Shown piece by piece: positions 60,395-64,000 of a stretch of 64,000 bases of DNA (position 1 is its first letter; every line of letters starts with the position of its first letter). Source of the DNA: Cyanobacteria bacterium P01_D01_bin.156 (GTDB lineage: Bacteria > Cyanobacteriota > Cyanobacteriia > Phormidesmidales > Phormidesmidaceae); contig JBCCQQ010000009.1 in the NCBI GenBank assembly GCA_039024555.1, forward strand, positions 32,001-96,000, read 5' to 3'. The notes below the pieces were generated by a model. That model saw only the letters and a list, made by a program, of their open reading frames with translations. It had not been told where the DNA came from and ran no database searches. The translations under genes were made by a program, and so were the position numbers.

Positions 60395-60894
60395 ATGTAA
60401 CTAACATTTCCTTTATCACTAAGGCTTCCCTGCCAAGCGCTTTTAACAGAGTATCTTTTGTGCTCTGTCTCTGGATAGTTTTACATAACGCGCATGAGCT
60501 AGGTAAAAATGCTGAAGATTATCCTCATATAAAACATAGAGGCGCTTCTTAAAAATTGACAAAGGCTTAGGATAAGTTGTCCTTGAAAGGACAATTGGTA
60601 ACAATCAAGTGACCATTTGGTTCTGAATCTATTTAGAGAATCATTCCTGCAATCACCTATCGCTATCTAGCCAATTTCTTCAGGTAAGTTAGTCAATCCT
60701 AAAGGACTTAAAAAAGGCTTTCCCAAAAGTTTCTAGACAAGTATTTGCTGATAAACAAACCGTTTGAACCTCATTTCAAAAAGCCTGTCTATTAGCCCTT
60801 AAATCTTTTCTTTGAATAGGAAACAACTGTTCTATATCAGTGCTAGGATTGCCAGAGAACAAATGTGAAAGACGTAAGAAGGACGTAATCGTAA

Positions 60895-63048
60895 ATGCAA
60901 GAAATTGACAAGTCAATATCCTTTGATGGACGGGATATTCGACTTAAGGTGGGACTTTTGGCCCCCCAGGCTGGTGGTTCAGTATTGATTGAGTCTGGAG
61001 AGACTGCTGTACTTGTAACTGCGACTCAGTCAAGCCCGCGGGAAGGTATCGACTTTTTACCCCTATTAGTAGACTACGAAGAACGTCTCTATGCGGCCGG
61101 TCGCATTCCGGGTGGATTTCTTAGAAGAGAGGGCCGTCCACCAGAGCGAGCTACTTTAACCAGCCGTCTTATTGACCGCCCTATGCGGCCATTGTTTCCC
61201 TCCTGGATGCGAAATGACATTCAGGTTGTGGCAACGACTGTTTCCATGGATCATGATGTCCCACCCGATGTATTAGCTGCGACCGGGGCATCGATTGCCA
61301 CACTCTTAGCCAAAATTCCATTCTATGGGCCGATGGCTGCTGTCCGAGTGGGTTTGATCGGTGATGATTTCATTATCAATCCTACGTATAAAGAGATTGC
61401 AGAAGGGGATTTAGATTTAGTTGTTGCCGGTTCCCCTGACGGTGTCATTATGGTGGAAGCAGGAGCTAATCAGCTACCTGAGCAGGATGTTATTGAGGCG
61501 ATCGACTTTGGTTATGAAGTAGTACGCGATATCATCCAAGCTCAAAAAGATATTATGGCGGAGCTGGGAATTGAGCCAGTTACATTGCCTGTACCTGAAA
61601 CAGATCCGACACTGTCAGACTTTTTGGCGGACAAAGCTACGGATGGTATCAAAGAAATTCTTAAAGAGTTTGAGCTGAGTAAGCCGGAACGGGATGAAAA
61701 GTTGGATGCCCTGAAGGCGGAAATCAGTGAGCAGGTTGCTGAATTATCCGAAGAAGATCCCATCAGTGTTGCGATCTCTGAAAATGGGAAGGCGTTTGGT
61801 AATTCCTATAAATCCCTGACTAAAAAGCTGATGCGTGCTCAAATCCTGGAGGAAGGAGTGCGGGTCGATGGTCGTAAGCTAGATGAAGTGCGCCCCATTA
61901 GCTGCCGTACCGGTGTTTTACCCAATCGTGTTCATGGTACGGGCTTATTTAAGCGTGGGTTGACCCAAGTAATGTCTGTCGTGACTTTGGGCACTCCCGG
62001 AGATGCTCAAATGACCGATGACTTACATCCAGATGATGAAAAGCGCTACTTACATCATTACAACTTTCCTCCTTACTCCGTGGGTGAGACCCGTCCCATG
62101 CGCTCTCCAGGTCGCCGAGAAATTGGCCATGGTGCGCTAGCTGAGAGGGCGTTAATGCCTGTTCTACCCCCTATGGGCGATTTCCCCTACGTAATTCGGG
62201 TGGTTTCTGAAGTGCTTTCCTCGAATGGCTCTACATCCATGGGCTCTGTGTGTGGTTCGACACTGTCGCTAATGGATGCGGGTGTACCCTTGGCCAAGCC
62301 AGTGAGTGGTGCGGCTATGGGGTTAATCAAAGAAGGTGATGAAGTTCGTATTTTGACTGACATCCAAGGAATTGAAGACTTCTTGGGAGATATGGACTTT
62401 AAAGTTGCTGGTACTGATAGTGGCATCACAGCTTTGCAGATGGATATGAAGATTACCGGACTGCCTGTTGAGACTATTGCTGAAGCCATTAATCAGGCAA
62501 AACCAGCTAGGCTCCATATCTTGTCCAAGATGTTGGAAGCTATCAATGCTCCCAGAGCTGAGCTATCGCCCTATGCGCCTAGGTTGCTGACCTTCAAGAT
62601 TGATCCTGAGATGATCGGTATGGTGATCGGGCCAGGTGGTAAGCAAATTAAGAGTATCACTGATGAAACTGGCGCTAAAGTCGATATCCAGGATGATGGC
62701 ACAATCACTGTGTCTTCTCTAGATGGGGCTGCCGCTGAACGTGCCCAGGCGCTGATTGAAGGTATCACCTTTAAGCCATCGGCAGGCGATGTTTATGTGG
62801 GTAAGGTCACTCGTATTATTCCCATCGGTGCATTTGTGGAGTACCGAACTGGTAAGGAAGGGATGATTCACATTTCTCAGCTGGCGGATTATCGCGTTAA
62901 CAAAGTTGAGGACGAAGTAACCGTTGGGGAAGAGGTCTTGATTAAAATTCGTGAAATCGATAATCGTGGCCGAGTCAACCTTACGCGCTTAAATATTCAT
63001 CCTGATGAAGCAGCTAAGGCACGAGCTGATGCTGGTTTAGACGCTTAA
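60895..63048 (+). CDS. pnp: Polyribonucleotide nucleotidyltransferase
   Basis: [48 protein letters not shown] and S1 domains. Confidence 0.98.
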   Translation: MQEIDKSISFDGRDIRLKVGLLAPQAGGSVLIESGETAVLVTATQSSPREGIDFLPLLVDYEERLYAAGRIPGGFLRREGRPPERATLTSRLIDRPMRPLFPSWMRNDIQVVATTVSMDHDVPPDVLAATGASIATLLAKIPFYGPMAAVRVGLIGDDFIINPTYKEIAEGDLDLVVAGSPDGVIMVEAGANQLPEQDVIEAIDFGYEVVRDIIQAQKDIMAELGIEPVTLPVPETDPTLSDFLADKATDGIKEILKEFELSKPERDEKLDALKAEISEQVAELSEEDPISVAISENGKAFGNSYKSLTKKLMRAQILEEGVRVDGRKLDEVRPISCRTGVLPNRVHGTGLFKRGLTQVMSVVTLGTPGDAQMTDDLHPDDEKRYLHHYNFPPYSVGETRPMRSPGRREIGHGALAERALMPVLPPMGDFPYVIRVVSEVLSSNGSTSMGSVCGSTLSLMDAGVPLAKPVSGAAMGLIKEGDEVRILTDIQGIEDFLGDMDFKVAGTDSGITALQMDMKITGLPVETIAEAINQAKPARLHILSKMLEAINAPRAELSPYAPRLLTFKIDPEMIGMVIGPGGKQIKSITDETGAKVDIQDDGTITVSSLDGAAAERAQALIEGITFKPSAGDVYVGKVTRIIPIGAFVEYRTGKEGMIHISQLADYRVNKVEDEVTVGEEVLIKIREIDNRGRVNLTRLNIHPDEAAKARADAGLDA

Positions 63049-63075
63049 AGCGTATCTCAATACTGGTTGTATTAA

Positions 63076-63122
63076 TCCCCTCTTAGATGCTGTAGGCTGT
63101 TGCGGCGTGTCTAGGAGGGGGA
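63076..63122 (+). terminator. Long GC-rich hairpin after pnp
   Basis: TCCCCTCTTAGA...TCTAGGAGGGGGA stem; weak U-tract. Confidence 0.5.
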
Positions 63123-63194
63123 GCTTTAGTTGCACTTGGTTCAGGTTTCTCGGTACGATGCTGGGTGCAATATTGAGAGCGAAATTATACATCC

Positions 63195-63920
63195 GTGCGA
63201 AGAATTGTTATCGCTGGTAATTGGAAGATGCATAAGACCCAAGCGGACAGCTTGGCGTTTTTGAATGGCTTTTTGTCCCAGCTAGGGGATACCCCTGAAC
63301 AGCGTGAGGTTATTTTGTGTGGCCCTTTTACGGCATTGACTTCACTGTCTAAAACCCTCCATGGTTCACGTGTGATGGTGGGGGCTCAAAATATACACTG
63401 GGAGGCCTCAGGAGCCTACACTGGTGAAGTGTCTGGCGAAATGTTGACTGAGCTAGGTGTGCGCTATGTGATTGTTGGTCATAGTGAGCGGCGGCAATAT
63501 TTTGGAGAGACAGATGCCACTGTTAATCTTCGTCTCAAGGCTGCTCAAGCAGCTGGGTTAACTCCTATTTTGTGTGTGGGTGAAACGAAGGCGCAGCGAG
63601 ACGCTGGTGAAACTGAAACCCATGTGGTTGGTCAAATTGAAAAAGCTTTAACTGGTGTAGATCAAAGTAAATTGATCATTGCCTATGAACCTATCTGGGC
63701 GATTGGGACGGGTGATACCTGTGCGTCTGATGAAGCCAATCGCGTATGTTGGTTAATCCGTTCACAATTGGCTAACAAAAATGTTCCTATTCAATATGGT
63801 GGCTCAGTGAAGCCTGGGAATGTGGATGAAATTATGGCCCAACCAGAAATTGATGGTGCGTTGGTTGGTGGAGCCAGCTTAGATGCTGATACGTTTGCTC
63901 GTATTGTGAATTATCTGTAG
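63195..63920 (+). CDS. tpiA: Triosephosphate isomerase
   Basis: [44 protein letters not shown] motifs. Confidence 0.98.
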   Translation: MRRIVIAGNWKMHKTQADSLAFLNGFLSQLGDTPEQREVILCGPFTALTSLSKTLHGSRVMVGAQNIHWEASGAYTGEVSGEMLTELGVRYVIVGHSERRQYFGETDATVNLRLKAAQAAGLTPILCVGETKAQRDAGETETHVVGQIEKALTGVDQSKLIIAYEPIWAIGTGDTCASDEANRVCWLIRSQLANKNVPIQYGGSVKPGNVDEIMAQPEIDGALVGGASLDADTFARIVNYL

Positions 63921-64000
63921 TGGCGAGGTTGGCATTCTTTAGGATTGCTCCTTTGTGTGATTGCAGTCGAACTCAGAATACGGCTGTACTTGTTCTTGAG

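Overview
This 64 kb window is mostly core chromosome of a cyanobacterium. Evidence: at least 20 HIP1 GCGATCGC octamers, the ado-aar alkane genes, chlM, nblA, and an NtcA-type site at amt. A filamentous Leptolyngbya/Nodosilineales-like, possibly marine, lineage is my impression only. Housekeeping content: sigC, trpF, folE-SDR-accA-aar-ado, four tRNAs (Phe, Tyr, Thr, Leu), rpe, lptA/B/FG, glmM, rpmG-rpsR-RNase II, egtCBD (ergothioneine), chlM, nagA, purE, amt, dnaK-dnaJ, pnp and tpiA. I saw no transposase, integrase, prophage or CRISPR array. Most notable points: (1) a DnaK3-type chaperone with a ~360-aa Tyr/Arg/Gly/Gln/Asn-rich prion-like tail; (2) a co-oriented three-gene block of a repeat-bearing DUF4114 protein, a stand-alone P-loop ATPase and a membrane pentapeptide-repeat protein; (3) a CHASE2 sensor with no output domain next to a site-2 protease; (4) small genes missing from the ORF track (nblA and a 31-aa membrane peptide). 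All calls come from reading motifs by eye; no database searches were run.
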